Assembly (NCBI GenBank): GCA_021801125.1
Contig: JAJYYI010000119.1
Coordinates: 20,191 to 84,190, forward strand
DNA: 64,000 bases
From: Deltaproteobacteria bacterium
GTDB taxonomy: Bacteria > Desulfobacterota > Binatia > Binatales > Binataceae
Reading direction: 5' to 3'
The translations under genes were made by a program, and so were the position numbers. This document shows, one piece after another, positions 19,058 through 28,596 of the stretch. Numbering within the stretch: the first letter of the stretch is position 1; each line of letters starts with the position of its first letter. The notes beneath the pieces are model-generated. The model ran no database searches. It saw nothing but the letters and a program-made list of their open reading frames with translations, and was not told the DNA's origin.

Positions 19058-20383
19058 ATGAATTGGATAACCGGTGATTCGTTGGCAACGGCAACCGCGC
19101 GCCGCGCGCCGTCCAATGCGGTGGTTGACGAAAGCGCCCTGGCCCGCCTATATCGGACCACTCGTGGCGTCACCGAGAGCTTATGCGAGCCGCTGGCAGC
19201 CGAGGACTATGTCGTCCAATCGATGCCCGATGCGAGTCCGACCAAATGGCACCTCGCGCATACCACCTGGCTTTTCGAGACCTTTGTTCTCGCGCGCCAC
19301 CGCAGGGGTTATCGGCCCTATTGTCCCGAGTTCGCGACGCTTTTCAATTCGTATTACGAGACCGTCGGCCCGCAGTGGCCGCGACCCTCGCGAGGGCTCC
19401 TGTCTCGCCCGACGGTGCGCGAGGTCTACCGGTATCGAGCGTACGTGGACGAGCAGATGGCGGGGCTGCTCCATACCGCTAACGGTAAAGACCTCGCCAA
19501 TCTCGCCGCGACGACGTTGCTCGGGATAAATCACGAGCAGCAGCATCAGGAGCTGATCATCACCGACATCAAACACGCTTTCGCCGCCAACCCGCTTTAT
19601 CCGGTCTATCGCGAGCCGGCGCCGGATGTCGAAGGCGCGACCGCCAGCTTGACATGGGTTGAGTTTCCCGAAGGGACGGTTTGGATCGGCGGTGAAGGCG
19701 ATGGGTTTTTCTTTGACAACGAACTCCCGCGCCACCAGGTCTTCGTGCGTCCGTTTCGGATCGCAAACCGCTTGGTCACCAACGAGGAGTACGCGCGCTT
19801 CATCGCCGACGGCGGCTACGAGCGTCATGAACTGTGGTTGTCCGACGGCTGGGCCACGCGGCAGGCCCAGGGATGGAACGCGCCGCTTTATTGGGAAAAG
19901 CGCGGCGCACAGTGGTGCGCGATGACCCTGGCCGGTCTGCGAGCGGTCAATCCCAACGAGCCGGTTTGCCATGTTAGTTACTACGAAGCCGACGCGTACG
20001 CCCGATGGGCGGGCTTCAGGCTGCCCACCGAGCACGAATGGGAAACGGCGGCGGCAGGGCAGGCACTGGGCGGCCACTTTCTCGATGCGCAGCGGTTTCA
20101 TCCCGCAGCGCTGCCGGCCACGGACGATCATGGTCCGCTCTACCAGCTCTACGGCGACGTTTGGCAGTGGACAGCCAGCGCCTACGCCGCCTATCCGGGC
20201 TACCGACCCGCGCCCGGGGCCCTGGGCGAGTACAACGGCAAGTTCATGTCGAACCGCTTCGTGCTGCGCGGAGCTTCTTGCGCCACGGCGCGCAGCCACG
20301 CTCGCCTTACGTACCGCAATTTCTTTGCGCCGGAGGCGCGATGGCAATTCAGTGGAATCCGGCTCGCCGGAGATCTCGCATGA
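19058..20383 (+). CDS. egtB: ergothioneine biosynthesis sulfoxide synthase EgtB (DinB_2 + FGE-sulfatase domains)
   Basis: 441 aa. DinB-like N-terminus with SPTKWHLAHTTWLFE and the NHEQQHQELI iron-ligand block. The C-terminal FGE-type domain carries NVWQWT-like GDVWQWTASAY and RGASCAT. Its stop overlaps the egtD start (ATGA). Confidence 0.85.
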   Translation: MNWITGDSLATATARRAPSNAVVDESALARLYRTTRGVTESLCEPLAAEDYVVQSMPDASPTKWHLAHTTWLFETFVLARHRRGYRPYCPEFATLFNSYYETVGPQWPRPSRGLLSRPTVREVYRYRAYVDEQMAGLLHTANGKDLANLAATTLLGINHEQQHQELIITDIKHAFAANPLYPVYREPAPDVEGATASLTWVEFPEGTVWIGGEGDGFFFDNELPRHQVFVRPFRIANRLVTNEEYARFIADGGYERHELWLSDGWATRQAQGWNAPLYWEKRGAQWCAMTLAGLRAVNPNEPVCHVSYYEADAYARWAGFRLPTEHEWETAAAGQALGGHFLDAQRFHPAALPATDDHGPLYQLYGDVWQWTASAYAAYPGYRPAPGALGEYNGKFMSNRFVLRGASCATARSHARLTYRNFFAPEARWQFSGIRLAGDLA

Positions 20384-21372
20384 GTTCCAACCCTGCCGAC
20401 TCTGCTGTAATTTTCCCCGCGCACCATCCGGAACGCGACAGCGTTGGCGATTTTCGCGCGGACGTGTTGAAGGGGCTTTCGGCGCGGCCAAAGACTTTGC
20501 CGTCAAAGTATCTCTATGACGAGATCGGTTCGGGCCTTTTTGAGAAAATATGCGAGCTGCCCGAGTACTACCTTACCCGCACGGAGCTTAAGCTTCTGCG
20601 CCGGCATGGGGCGGAGATGGCCGCCATGATCGGGCGCGATTGCCTGCTGATCGAATACGGCATCGGAAGCGGCCTTAAGACCCGCCTGTTGCTCGGCCAT
20701 TTGACCGATCCGGTGGCCTACGTTCCGGTCGACGTCGCGCATCCACAGCTCCGCGAATCCGCGGCGACGATAAGGCGCGACTTCCCGCATATCGTCGTGA
20801 GGCCGGTCTGCGCCGATTTCACAACTTTCAGCCGCCTGCCGGACGTCGGCGCGAGTTCAGCGCGGCGAGTGGTTTATTTTCCCGGCTCCACGATCGGCAA
20901 CTTCACGCGGCCCGAGGCCCGCCAGCTTCTCGCGCGCGCAGCGCTTTTGTGCGGGCCCAACGGCGGGCTGCTTCTCGGCGTTGATCTGAAAAAGCATCCC
21001 CAAATCCTCGAGAAGGCTTACAACGACCGACAGAGCGTCACCGCGGCGTTCAATCTAAATGCGCTCGCGCGCGTCAACCGCGAACTTCAGGCTACTTTTC
21101 GCCCCGATCAGTTCTGGCACTACGCGCCGTACAATCCGCGCCACGGACGCGTCGAGATGCACCTGGTGAGCCGTTCCGACCAGCAGGTGCAGGTGGCGGG
21201 TGAGAATTTCTCGCTAGCCGAGGGCGAATCGATTTGCACGGAATACTGTCACAAATATAGCCTTCGCGATTTGCACGAACTGACGCGAGGCACCGGCTTT
21301 ACCATTGAACGCACCTGGCTGGACGAAAATAAGTATTTCAGCGTGAGCTATCTCGCGGTACGGCGCCGATGA
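20380..21372 (+). CDS. egtD: L-histidine N-alpha-methyltransferase EgtD
   Basis: The true start is the ATG at 20380, in frame inside the longer track ORF 20005..21372. LPSKYLYDEIGSGLFEKICELPEYYLTRTE, YVPVDV and YFPGSTIGNF match the EgtD family. Confidence 0.85.
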   Translation: MSSNPADSAVIFPAHHPERDSVGDFRADVLKGLSARPKTLPSKYLYDEIGSGLFEKICELPEYYLTRTELKLLRRHGAEMAAMIGRDCLLIEYGIGSGLKTRLLLGHLTDPVAYVPVDVAHPQLRESAATIRRDFPHIVVRPVCADFTTFSRLPDVGASSARRVVYFPGSTIGNFTRPEARQLLARAALLCGPNGGLLLGVDLKKHPQILEKAYNDRQSVTAAFNLNALARVNRELQATFRPDQFWHYAPYNPRHGRVEMHLVSRSDQQVQVAGENFSLAEGESICTEYCHKYSLRDLHELTRGTGFTIERTWLDENKYFSVSYLAVRRR

Positions 21373-21581
21373 ACTTGCTCAGTCGGGCGCTTTAGCGTCG
21401 GCGCTGCGCGCGGCAACCGGCGCGGTCGAAATCAGAGACCTCGCCGGCGCCAGACCACCGGGCGGACTCTGACTCAGGAACATTGCAAGCTAAGACTTCG
21501 CCCAAGCATCTCCCGGGCGCTGCGCGGATTGGGATGCCGCGCGGCGGGCGCTATGCTGTCGAAGGAGTTGGTAGACGATTA

Positions 21582-23300
21582 ATGCGGCAAGTGTTTGAAC
21601 CCTCGCGTGTACTCAAGGGTGCCGTCTCGCTGGCCGTCGTGGCGATAGTGGTCGCCCTGTTCCTTGGGTACGGCCATCGCGTATCGTTGAAGCCCTCCGA
21701 GCTCGGGCTTTCCATCGCGCGGATGCCGTACTACGCGTTCTGTTCGCTTTATCGTGTCGTGGTGGCATACCTGCTGTCGCTGCTCTTCGCGATCGTGTAC
21801 GGCATGACCGCCGCCAAAAGTCCGCTGCATGAGCGGCTGATGATTCCGATAATCGACGTGGCGCAATCCGTGCCGGTGATCGGCTTTTTCCCGGCCGCCG
21901 TCTATTTCTTCGTCGGCATCGGCGGCAACACCCGATTCGGCATCGAGATCGCCGCGATCTTTCTTATCTTCACCAGCCAAGCCTGGAACATGGCGCTCGG
22001 CGTATTCGAGGCGGTCAAGACCGTGCCGGGCGACCTGGGCGAGGCGATGCAATCGTTCGGCGCCAAGGGTTGGCTCCGCTTCAGGCGCCTGTTGCTGCCC
22101 GCCAGCGTGCCCAAGCTGGTCTATAATTCGATCCTGTCCTGGGTGGCGGCATGGTACTTTCTAATCGCCTGCGAGATTATCACCGTCGGGAACGCGCGCT
22201 ACCAGTTGCCTGGGCTGGGTAGCGCCCTGATGCAGAGCGCGGAGGAAGGCGACATCGGAAACCTAATCGTCGCGCTGGCCTGCCTGCTCGTCATAATCAT
22301 CGCGATGGACTTGATGGTGTGGCAGCCGCTGTCGGTGTGGGCGGAAAAGTTTCGCTACGAGTTTGCGGCAAGTTCAACGCCGGTAGACTCGCTCGCGATG
22401 GGAAACCTGCTGCGTCCGTTCGGCCGCCGCTTGGCGCGCTTTGTCGCAGTGGCGGTCCACTCGGCGCAACCGGCGCTGCGAAAGCTCGCGAGCCTTTGGC
22501 CGCGCTCCGCTCGGGAATTGACGCTGTTGTTCACCCCACTGCTCAGAGTGGGACGGCGCGCGCTTTTCATCGGGATGCTTGCGGTGGTTGTGTATGGTGT
22601 TTTCGTGGGCACGATAGCCCTGATTCGCCTCCTCATCCAGCCTTGGCCCGCGCCGGCGAAGCTTATACCCTTGGCGGCGTTGGCCTCGATGATGCGTCTT
22701 GCGATCGCTTACGCCATTTCGCTCGCCTGGACGCTGCCGTGCGCGCTGGCCGCAGGCGAAAGCGCGCGCTTTAGCCGCTGGCTCACGCCGTTCGCCGAAA
22801 TCGCGGGTTCGGTGCCCGCAACCGCGCTCTTCCCGCTTATCGTCGCGGCGATGGTTCGGCTAACGGGCAACATGAATTTCGCCTGCATTCTGCTGCTCCT
22901 GACGGGCATGCAATGGTACCTGCTGTTTAATCTGACCGCGGGAGTGCGCCAAGTGCCCGAAGACCTGCGCGAAGCCGCGCGCGCCTTCGGCTTGAGCCGC
23001 TTTGCGACGTGGCGCAAGCTGACGCTGCCGGCCTTAACCCCGTCGCTTATCACAGGCAGCATCACGGCGTGGGGAGGAGGCTGGAACGCGCTGATCGTCT
23101 CCGAGTACTTTGTCTACCACGGCGAGCGTCATCAGGTGCTGGGCTTGGGCGCTCTGCTCGACGCGGCGACCTACCAGAGCGGCGACCGGCTGATGCTCCT
23201 GTTGGCGCTGCTTTCTATGGTGCTGATCGTGATGTGCCTGAATCGTCTGGCGTGGCGCCCGCTGTACCGCTTCGCCACGGAGCGCTACAGGTTCGACTAG
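21582..23300 (+). CDS. ABC transporter permease, internally duplicated (two BPD_transp_1/TauC-NrtB-like domains)
   Basis: Two similar halves each end in an EAA-type loop: [27 protein letters not shown] and DLREAARAFGLSRFATWRKLTLPALTP. Start chosen at ATG 21582; the upstream track start is uncertain. Confidence 0.75.
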   Translation: MRQVFEPSRVLKGAVSLAVVAIVVALFLGYGHRVSLKPSELGLSIARMPYYAFCSLYRVVVAYLLSLLFAIVYGMTAAKSPLHERLMIPIIDVAQSVPVIGFFPAAVYFFVGIGGNTRFGIEIAAIFLIFTSQAWNMALGVFEAVKTVPGDLGEAMQSFGAKGWLRFRRLLLPASVPKLVYNSILSWVAAWYFLIACEIITVGNARYQLPGLGSALMQSAEEGDIGNLIVALACLLVIIIAMDLMVWQPLSVWAEKFRYEFAASSTPVDSLAMGNLLRPFGRRLARFVAVAVHSAQPALRKLASLWPRSARELTLLFTPLLRVGRRALFIGMLAVVVYGVFVGTIALIRLLIQPWPAPAKLIPLAALASMMRLAIAYAISLAWTLPCALAAGESARFSRWLTPFAEIAGSVPATALFPLIVAAMVRLTGNMNFACILLLLTGMQWYLLFNLTAGVRQVPEDLREAARAFGLSRFATWRKLTLPALTPSLITGSITAWGGGWNALIVSEYFVYHGERHQVLGLGALLDAATYQSGDRLMLLLALLSMVLIVMCLNRLAWRPLYRFATERYRFD

Positions 23301-23308
23301 GCCGAAGG

Positions 23309-24016
23309 CTACACGCTCATAAGGTGCGCAACCGAGTCGGCCGAGCACTCGCGCGTGTCACCCGCCGCCGCTATCGACCCGCGCTGAATCACGTAGAACC
23401 GGTCGGCGATAGACCATGCGAAGTCGAGGTACTGCTCGACGAGCAACATCGCGACATTCAGCTCGCAGCGGATTCGCTTGAGCGCTGCTTGGATGTCCTG
23501 GACGATCGACGGCTGGATCCCTTCGGTCGGCTCGTCGAGCAAAAGCAGCGTGGGTTTGGAGGCCAGCGCTCGCGCGATCGCCAGCTGCTGCTGCTCGCCA
23601 CCGCTCAGAAGCCCACCCTTGCGCTCGCTGAGCCGCGCCAGCACCGGAAAAAGGTCAAAAATGTAGTCGGGCAGCTTTGCACCGCGCCCTTCGCCGCGGC
23701 CGAAGCGCGCGGCGAGCCCCAAGCGGAGGTTTTCGCGCACCGTGAGATGGGGAAAGATCCCGCGTCCTTGGGGGACGTAGCCGATGCCGCTGCGGGCACG
23801 CGCGTGCGGCATCATACCGGTGACGTCGTTTCCGGCGAAGGTCACTTTTCCCGCAGCCACCGGATGAAGGCCGACGATCGTTCTGAGCAGCGTCGTCTTA
23901 CCAGCCCCGTTGCGGCCGAGCATAGTCACCAACTCGCCGGGGCCAACCCTCAGGCTGACATCGTTGAGCACGCGGCTTAGACCGTAGCCCGCGCCGACCT
24001 GCTCAAGCGTAAGCAT
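23309..24016 (-). CDS. urtE: urea ABC transporter ATP-binding protein UrtE
   Basis: Walker A GRNGAGKTT, LSGGEQQ, Walker B LLLLDEP. It is the last gene of a five-gene urt-type operon. Start taken at MLTLEQV (ATG 24016) rather than 24082. Confidence 0.8.
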   Translation of the reverse strand: MLTLEQVGAGYGLSRVLNDVSLRVGPGELVTMLGRNGAGKTTLLRTIVGLHPVAAGKVTFAGNDVTGMMPHARARSGIGYVPQGRGIFPHLTVRENLRLGLAARFGRGEGRGAKLPDYIFDLFPVLARLSERKGGLLSGGEQQQLAIARALASKPTLLLLDEPTEGIQPSIVQDIQAALKRIRCELNVAMLLVEQYLDFAWSIADRFYVIQRGSIAAAGDTRECSADSVAHLMSV

Positions 24017-24773
24017 ACTGCGGCTCTTCGGCCCGCCCGAGGTAGACTGCTGCGACGCGCGGGTCGCTGCGCACTTCCGCAACGCTGCCCTCGCGCAATA
24101 GCTTGCCCATATGAAGGACGCTTACCGGCGCGTCGAGCTGCTCGACGAAATTCATATCGTGATCGATCACGACCAGCGCGCGCTGACCTCGAAGCCGCGA
24201 GATAAGATCCGCCGTCAGCGACGCTTCATGGCGGGTCATGCCGGCGGCCGGCTCGTCCAGCAGCAACAGTTCGCTGCGCGCGGCGACGACCATGCCGATT
24301 TCGAGCCATTGCTTTTCGCCATGGGCCAGATGAGCGGCGAGCCGTCCGCGCTTTTCCTCGAGTCCAATCAGCTTTAGCGTCGCATCGACCTGTTCACGCT
24401 CGCCGGGCGTCAGCGCGCTGTCCAGAGCGGCCCACCAATGGCGTCGTTGGCGCGCCGCGATCACCAGGTTTTCTTCCACGCTCAGCCCTTCGAGCACGCC
24501 TGGCGTCTGAAATTTCCGGCAGATACCGCGCCGGACAATCTGATACTCCGGCAACCGAGTGATATCCTCGCCTTTGAAGAGGATTCGTCCGCCGGCCGGG
24601 TGCACCCTGCCGATAATCGCGTCGAGCAGCGTCGATTTGCCGGCACCGTTGGGTCCAATCAGAACGCGCACTTCCCCCGGCATCACTGACAAACTCAGGT
24701 CGTCCAGCGCCTTAAAGCCGTCGAACGACACCGTGAGATTTTCGACCTCCAGCAGAGGCTCAGCCATCCTCAC
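24003..24773 (-). CDS. urtD: urea ABC transporter ATP-binding protein UrtD
   Basis: GPNGAGKST, HGEKQWLEIG (the atypical signature seen in UrtD/LivG) and LLLLDEP. Confidence 0.8.
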   Translation of the reverse strand: MRMAEPLLEVENLTVSFDGFKALDDLSLSVMPGEVRVLIGPNGAGKSTLLDAIIGRVHPAGGRILFKGEDITRLPEYQIVRRGICRKFQTPGVLEGLSVEENLVIAARQRRHWWAALDSALTPGEREQVDATLKLIGLEEKRGRLAAHLAHGEKQWLEIGMVVAARSELLLLDEPAAGMTRHEASLTADLISRLRGQRALVVIDHDMNFVEQLDAPVSVLHMGKLLREGSVAEVRSDPRVAAVYLGRAEEPQYAYA

Positions 24774-25897
24774 ACCTCGCTTTTCTCCATCATCTCGACC
24801 GTGCCGTTGCCGTCCAGTTGCGGGCCGCCAAGCTGAGCGACAGGCTCGGCACCGATGCCAACCCTAGCAAGCAGACCCTCGCCGGATGGAGACAGCCAAC
24901 CTTCGAACAACCCGCCCAAGCCGCGCGGAAAGATGGTAACCACGACGAAAAACAGCAGGCCCATCGCGAACAACCATAGCTCAGGCATCGCGCTGCTCAC
25001 CCAGTCCTTGCCCAGGTTAACAGCCAGCGTGCCGAGCACCGCGCCTGCCAAGCTCTCGCGCCCACCTACGGCGACCCAAATGATCATCTCGATCGAAGGC
25101 ACCACGCCTACCATCGCCGGGGAGATCACGCCGACATGGAGCGTAAACAGAGCGCCCGCGACGGCGGCGAAAAGCGCGGCCAACGCGAAAATGGCCACCT
25201 TGTACGGCACCGGGTCGTAGCCAAGAAAGCGCACGCGGTTTTCACCGTCACGAATGGCGCACAACAGCTTTCCGAAATGCGTGTCGAGCAGCCATGTTGA
25301 GAAGGCGAACCCTAGCGCGAGCAGCCCCAGCGTTACCCAATAAAGCCCCAGCTGCACGCCGCTGTCGCCCAAAGTGAAGCCGAAGACGTCGCCGAAATCA
25401 GTCAGCCCGTTGAAGCCGCCGGTGTATCGCTGCTGGCTGATCAACAAAGTGGAAAAGGCCAGCGCCAACGCCTGGGTGATAATCGCGAAATAGACCCCAC
25501 CAACACGCCGGCGAAAAACCAACCACGCCAGCGCCCCGGCTAAAAACGCGGGTATCAGAACTATAGTCACCAGGGAAAAGCCGCCGGAATAGAACGGCTT
25601 CCACCACCACGGCAGATGGTCAAGTCCGCTCCATTCCATAAAATCCGGAATCTCGCCCGCGCCCAGGCGCATCAGCTTGAGATGCATCGCCAGAAAATAG
25701 CCGCCAAGCCCAAAAAACAGGCCCTGCCCGAGACTGAGAATTCCCGTGCGACCCCAGGTCATCGTGAGGCCCAATGCTAGGATGCTCAACGCCAGAAAGC
25801 GGCCCAACAGCGAAAGCTCGTACGCAGAAAGAAACGCCGGAGCAAGCGCCAACGCTCCAAGCGCGAGCAGGCAAGCGATGGTTCGAGGGTTGCGCAC
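24770..25897 (-). CDS. urtC: urea ABC transporter permease UrtC
   Basis: 375-aa LivM-type permease with a 4-nt overlap with urtD. Confidence 0.8.
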   Translation of the reverse strand: MRNPRTIACLLALGALALAPAFLSAYELSLLGRFLALSILALGLTMTWGRTGILSLGQGLFFGLGGYFLAMHLKLMRLGAGEIPDFMEWSGLDHLPWWWKPFYSGGFSLVTIVLIPAFLAGALAWLVFRRRVGGVYFAIITQALALAFSTLLISQQRYTGGFNGLTDFGDVFGFTLGDSGVQLGLYWVTLGLLALGFAFSTWLLDTHFGKLLCAIRDGENRVRFLGYDPVPYKVAIFALAALFAAVAGALFTLHVGVISPAMVGVVPSIEMIIWVAVGGRESLAGAVLGTLAVNLGKDWVSSAMPELWLFAMGLLFFVVVTIFPRGLGGLFEGWLSPSGEGLLARVGIGAEPVAQLGGPQLDGNGTVEMMEKSEV

Positions 25898-25902
25898 CGG
25901 CT

Positions 25903-26814
25903 TTATGCCTCCTCCAGGGCGCGGCCCCGAGCGGCGAAAATGCCGCTGGGACGGAACTGGATAAACGCAATAACGAACATCAACAGCAGAACGTCGGCGA
26001 AGCTGACGCTGGTAAAAATCTGCGCGCCCGCCGAGAACAGACCGACAACCGCGGCAGCCAACAAGGTGCCAAGAAGGTTACCCAGACCGCCGAGGATTAC
26101 AACCAGGAAGGCGTACACGATGTAGCTCTGCCCAACTGTGGGCGTAACGGGGGCGATGAACGCAAGCACGGAGCCGGCAAGCCCGGCCACGCCGGTGCCA
26201 AGCGCAAATACCGCCAGATCGACCCACCCGGTATTGACCCCAAGCGCCTGAGCCATTTCGCGGTCCTGATGCACCGCACGCACGTAGAGGCCGAGCCGCG
26301 TGCGCTGAATCAAAAGCCACGTCCCGCTAAGCACGGCCACCGCCAGCGCGATGATGAAAAGGCGCACGTAGGGCAGGTTAAACCCCGCCATCGCGCCGCT
26401 TTTTACCGTGAAAGATCCGGACAGCCACTTGGGCGCGGTGACCTCAACGCCAATCGCGCCGAAGATGCTGCGCGCAGCTTGCTGCAGCGCAAGACTCACG
26501 CCCCAGGTCGCGAGCAACGTGTCAAGCGGCCGCCCGTACAGGCGGCGAATCAGCACGAGTTCGAGCAGCGCGCCGAAGGCGGCCGCGCCCACGAACGCAA
26601 CGATCAATGCCAGGACAAAGCCGAGCCGCGCGGGTGCGAACCGATAGGTGAGAAAAGAGAGATAGCCGCCTACCATTAACATCTCGCCATGCGCCATATT
26701 GATGACGCGCATCAGCCCGAAGCTCAGCGCGAGACCCAACGCCGCGAGCAGCAAGATGGAGGCGACGCTCACCCCGTTAAAGAGCTGGCCGGCCAGCAGC
26801 GCGTACTCACCCAT
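25903..26814 (-). CDS. urtB: urea ABC transporter permease UrtB
   Basis: 303-aa LivH-type permease (INMAHGEMLMVGGY), 5 nt upstream of urtC. Confidence 0.8.
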   Translation of the reverse strand: MGEYALLAGQLFNGVSVASILLLAALGLALSFGLMRVINMAHGEMLMVGGYLSFLTYRFAPARLGFVLALIVAFVGAAAFGALLELVLIRRLYGRPLDTLLATWGVSLALQQAARSIFGAIGVEVTAPKWLSGSFTVKSGAMAGFNLPYVRLFIIALAVAVLSGTWLLIQRTRLGLYVRAVHQDREMAQALGVNTGWVDLAVFALGTGVAGLAGSVLAFIAPVTPTVGQSYIVYAFLVVILGGLGNLLGTLLAAAVVGLFSAGAQIFTSVSFADVLLLMFVIAFIQFRPSGIFAARGRALEEA

Positions 26815-26895
26815 TGCCGATCACCATCAGGACGCGGCGCGCCGCTGTGCACGCGCCACGTCCAGGAGTTAAGCCGGCCGCGACGTTCCGGCCGT

Positions 26896-28197
26896 TTACT
26901 TGATCACGCATTTCTTGCCTGGGAAGGACAGTGCGTCATACGGCTCGGGCCGGATCGGCTCCTTCGACTGCCACAGAATCTTGAACTGGCCGTCGGGCTG
27001 CAGTTCGCCTACGTAAGCCGTCTGGAAGAGACTCTGGTTAGGAGCGAACTTCGTCTTACCCATGCATACGTCCTTCCAGTCCAGAGTAGGGGCCGCGCGA
27101 CGCACCTTGTTGGGGTCGAAGCTCTTGGCCTTTTCGACCGCCGCCGCCCATTCGTAGACGTCCAGGTAGCCGTGCGCCATCGGGTCATCAACGGACGAAT
27201 CGGCGCCGAACTTCTCTTTGTAAGCCGCGACGAATTTTTGGTTGGCCGGATCATCCAGGCTCTGGAAGTAGTTCCACGCCGCGTAACTGCCCTGAACCAA
27301 GCTCGGTCCCATCGCTTTCGCCTCTTGCTCGGCGATGCTGAAGGACATCACGGGAAGCTTGGATGGCGGAAGGTCGGCGGCAGCCATCTGTTTGAAGAAA
27401 GACACGTTGCTGTCGCCGTTGAGCGTATTGAAAATGGCGTCAGGCTTTGCCGCCTTGATTTTATTGATGACCGCGCTGAAGTCAGTGCCGCCCAGCGGAA
27501 CGTATTCTTCGCCGGCCACGGTGCCACCGTCATGCTGAATGTGTTTTTTGAGGATCAAGTTGGCGGTGCGCGGAAAGACGTAGTCCGAGCCCAGTAGAAA
27601 GATCCGCTTGTAGCCCTTCTGAAAGGCCCAATCGAGCGCCGGCAGGATCTGCTGATTGGGCTGCGCGCCGGAGTACATAATCGCGGACGAACACTCGTTG
27701 CCTTCGAATTGAACCGGGTACCAGAGCAAGCCGTGGAAGCGCTCAAAAACCGGCAGCATCGCCTTGCGGCTGGCGGACGTCCACCCGCCGAACACGGTTA
27801 CCACGTGGTCCTGTTGAATGAGCTTTTGGGCCTTTTGGGCGAACATCGCGGGGTCCGAAGCGCCATCCTCAACGATGGGCTGTATCCGCTTATGCATCAC
27901 ACCGCCGGCGGCGTTGATCTCGTCGATCGCGAGCAAAGTGGCGTTCTTCACCGTGACCTCGCTTATCGCCATGGTGCCGGTAAGCGAATGCAGGACGCCG
28001 ACCTTCACGACATCGTCAGCGGCCGCGATACCAGCCGCGCCGAGCAAAGCGACCGTCGCCAGCATCGCGAAAGCCAACGCCCGGGCAACTGCTAACCCTC
28101 TCGATAAACCACTCCGTTTCAACATCAAAGGCCCTTTCACCATGCACTCGTTCATGCGCAGTCCTTTCTCGCATCTCGCGCTGTAGTTGGAGATCAC
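26896..28197 (-). CDS. urtA: urea ABC transporter substrate-binding protein UrtA
   Basis: VKVGVLHSLTGTMAISE, WTSASRKAMLPVFE, LLGSDYVFPRTAN, NTLNGDSNVSFFKQ and VMSFSIAEQE match the UrtA blocks I recall from cyanobacterial and proteobacterial proteins. The real start is probably one of the internal Met codons (28155 or 28125) before the signal peptide. Confidence 0.9.
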   Translation of the reverse strand: MISNYSARCEKGLRMNECMVKGPLMLKRSGLSRGLAVARALAFAMLATVALLGAAGIAAADDVVKVGVLHSLTGTMAISEVTVKNATLLAIDEINAAGGVMHKRIQPIVEDGASDPAMFAQKAQKLIQQDHVVTVFGGWTSASRKAMLPVFERFHGLLWYPVQFEGNECSSAIMYSGAQPNQQILPALDWAFQKGYKRIFLLGSDYVFPRTANLILKKHIQHDGGTVAGEEYVPLGGTDFSAVINKIKAAKPDAIFNTLNGDSNVSFFKQMAAADLPPSKLPVMSFSIAEQEAKAMGPSLVQGSYAAWNYFQSLDDPANQKFVAAYKEKFGADSSVDDPMAHGYLDVYEWAAAVEKAKSFDPNKVRRAAPTLDWKDVCMGKTKFAPNQSLFQTAYVGELQPDGQFKILWQSKEPIRPEPYDALSFPGKKCVIK

Positions 28198-28382
28198 GTC
28201 TTATGTCACTGCCGGGACTCGAGCTTGCTGGGCTGCGAGATCCGTGACCATGTGGCGAAATGATCGCGCCCGCCAGCACCACGTTTTCCTAGACAAGTCC
28301 GTGTGCCCAAGCGTTTCCGACGCCTCAGCGCCGCGCACGGCCACCCCCAACAAGCATGCACCGCGCCTGCGCGGTGAAAAAC

Positions 28383-28397
28383 GCAAGCTTCATGCCC
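28383..28397 (-). promoter_or_regulatory. candidate sigma-54 (-24/-12) promoter for urtA
   Basis: The minus strand reads GGGCATG-AAGC-TTGC, against the consensus TGGCACG-N4-TTGC, with correct GG..GC spacing. It lies about 175-250 nt upstream of the possible urtA starts. Nitrogen-regulated urt operons are commonly NtrC/sigma-54 dependent. Confidence 0.3.
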
Positions 28398-28596
28398 AAC
28401 CTACGCGGCCCTTAACCCCGTCGAAGCCGCTTAAATCGCTGCCATCGCGGCCCGGCGGGCGCCCACAACTTAGGCATCTGCGCAATTCATAAGCATCTTT
28501 GGCCGTACGTCCGAGGCGCCAGATACGTTCCTCTGTCCCAACGTCAGCGTTAGGTCGATTTCGCGTTTGCTGACGCGCGGGCTTAAAAGCGCGCGA

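Noticed and set aside
19181-20506. 441-aa ORF on the minus strand exactly mirroring egtB
   Set aside because: The translation is Arg/Gly/Pro-rich with no motifs. It fully overlaps a gene that has clear family signatures. Long antisense open frames are expected in GC-rich DNA.
25774-27597. Two ~300-aa plus-strand ORFs (25774..26679, 26689..27597) across urtB/urtA
   Set aside because: They are antisense to well-supported urt genes, and their composition is typical of shadow ORFs.
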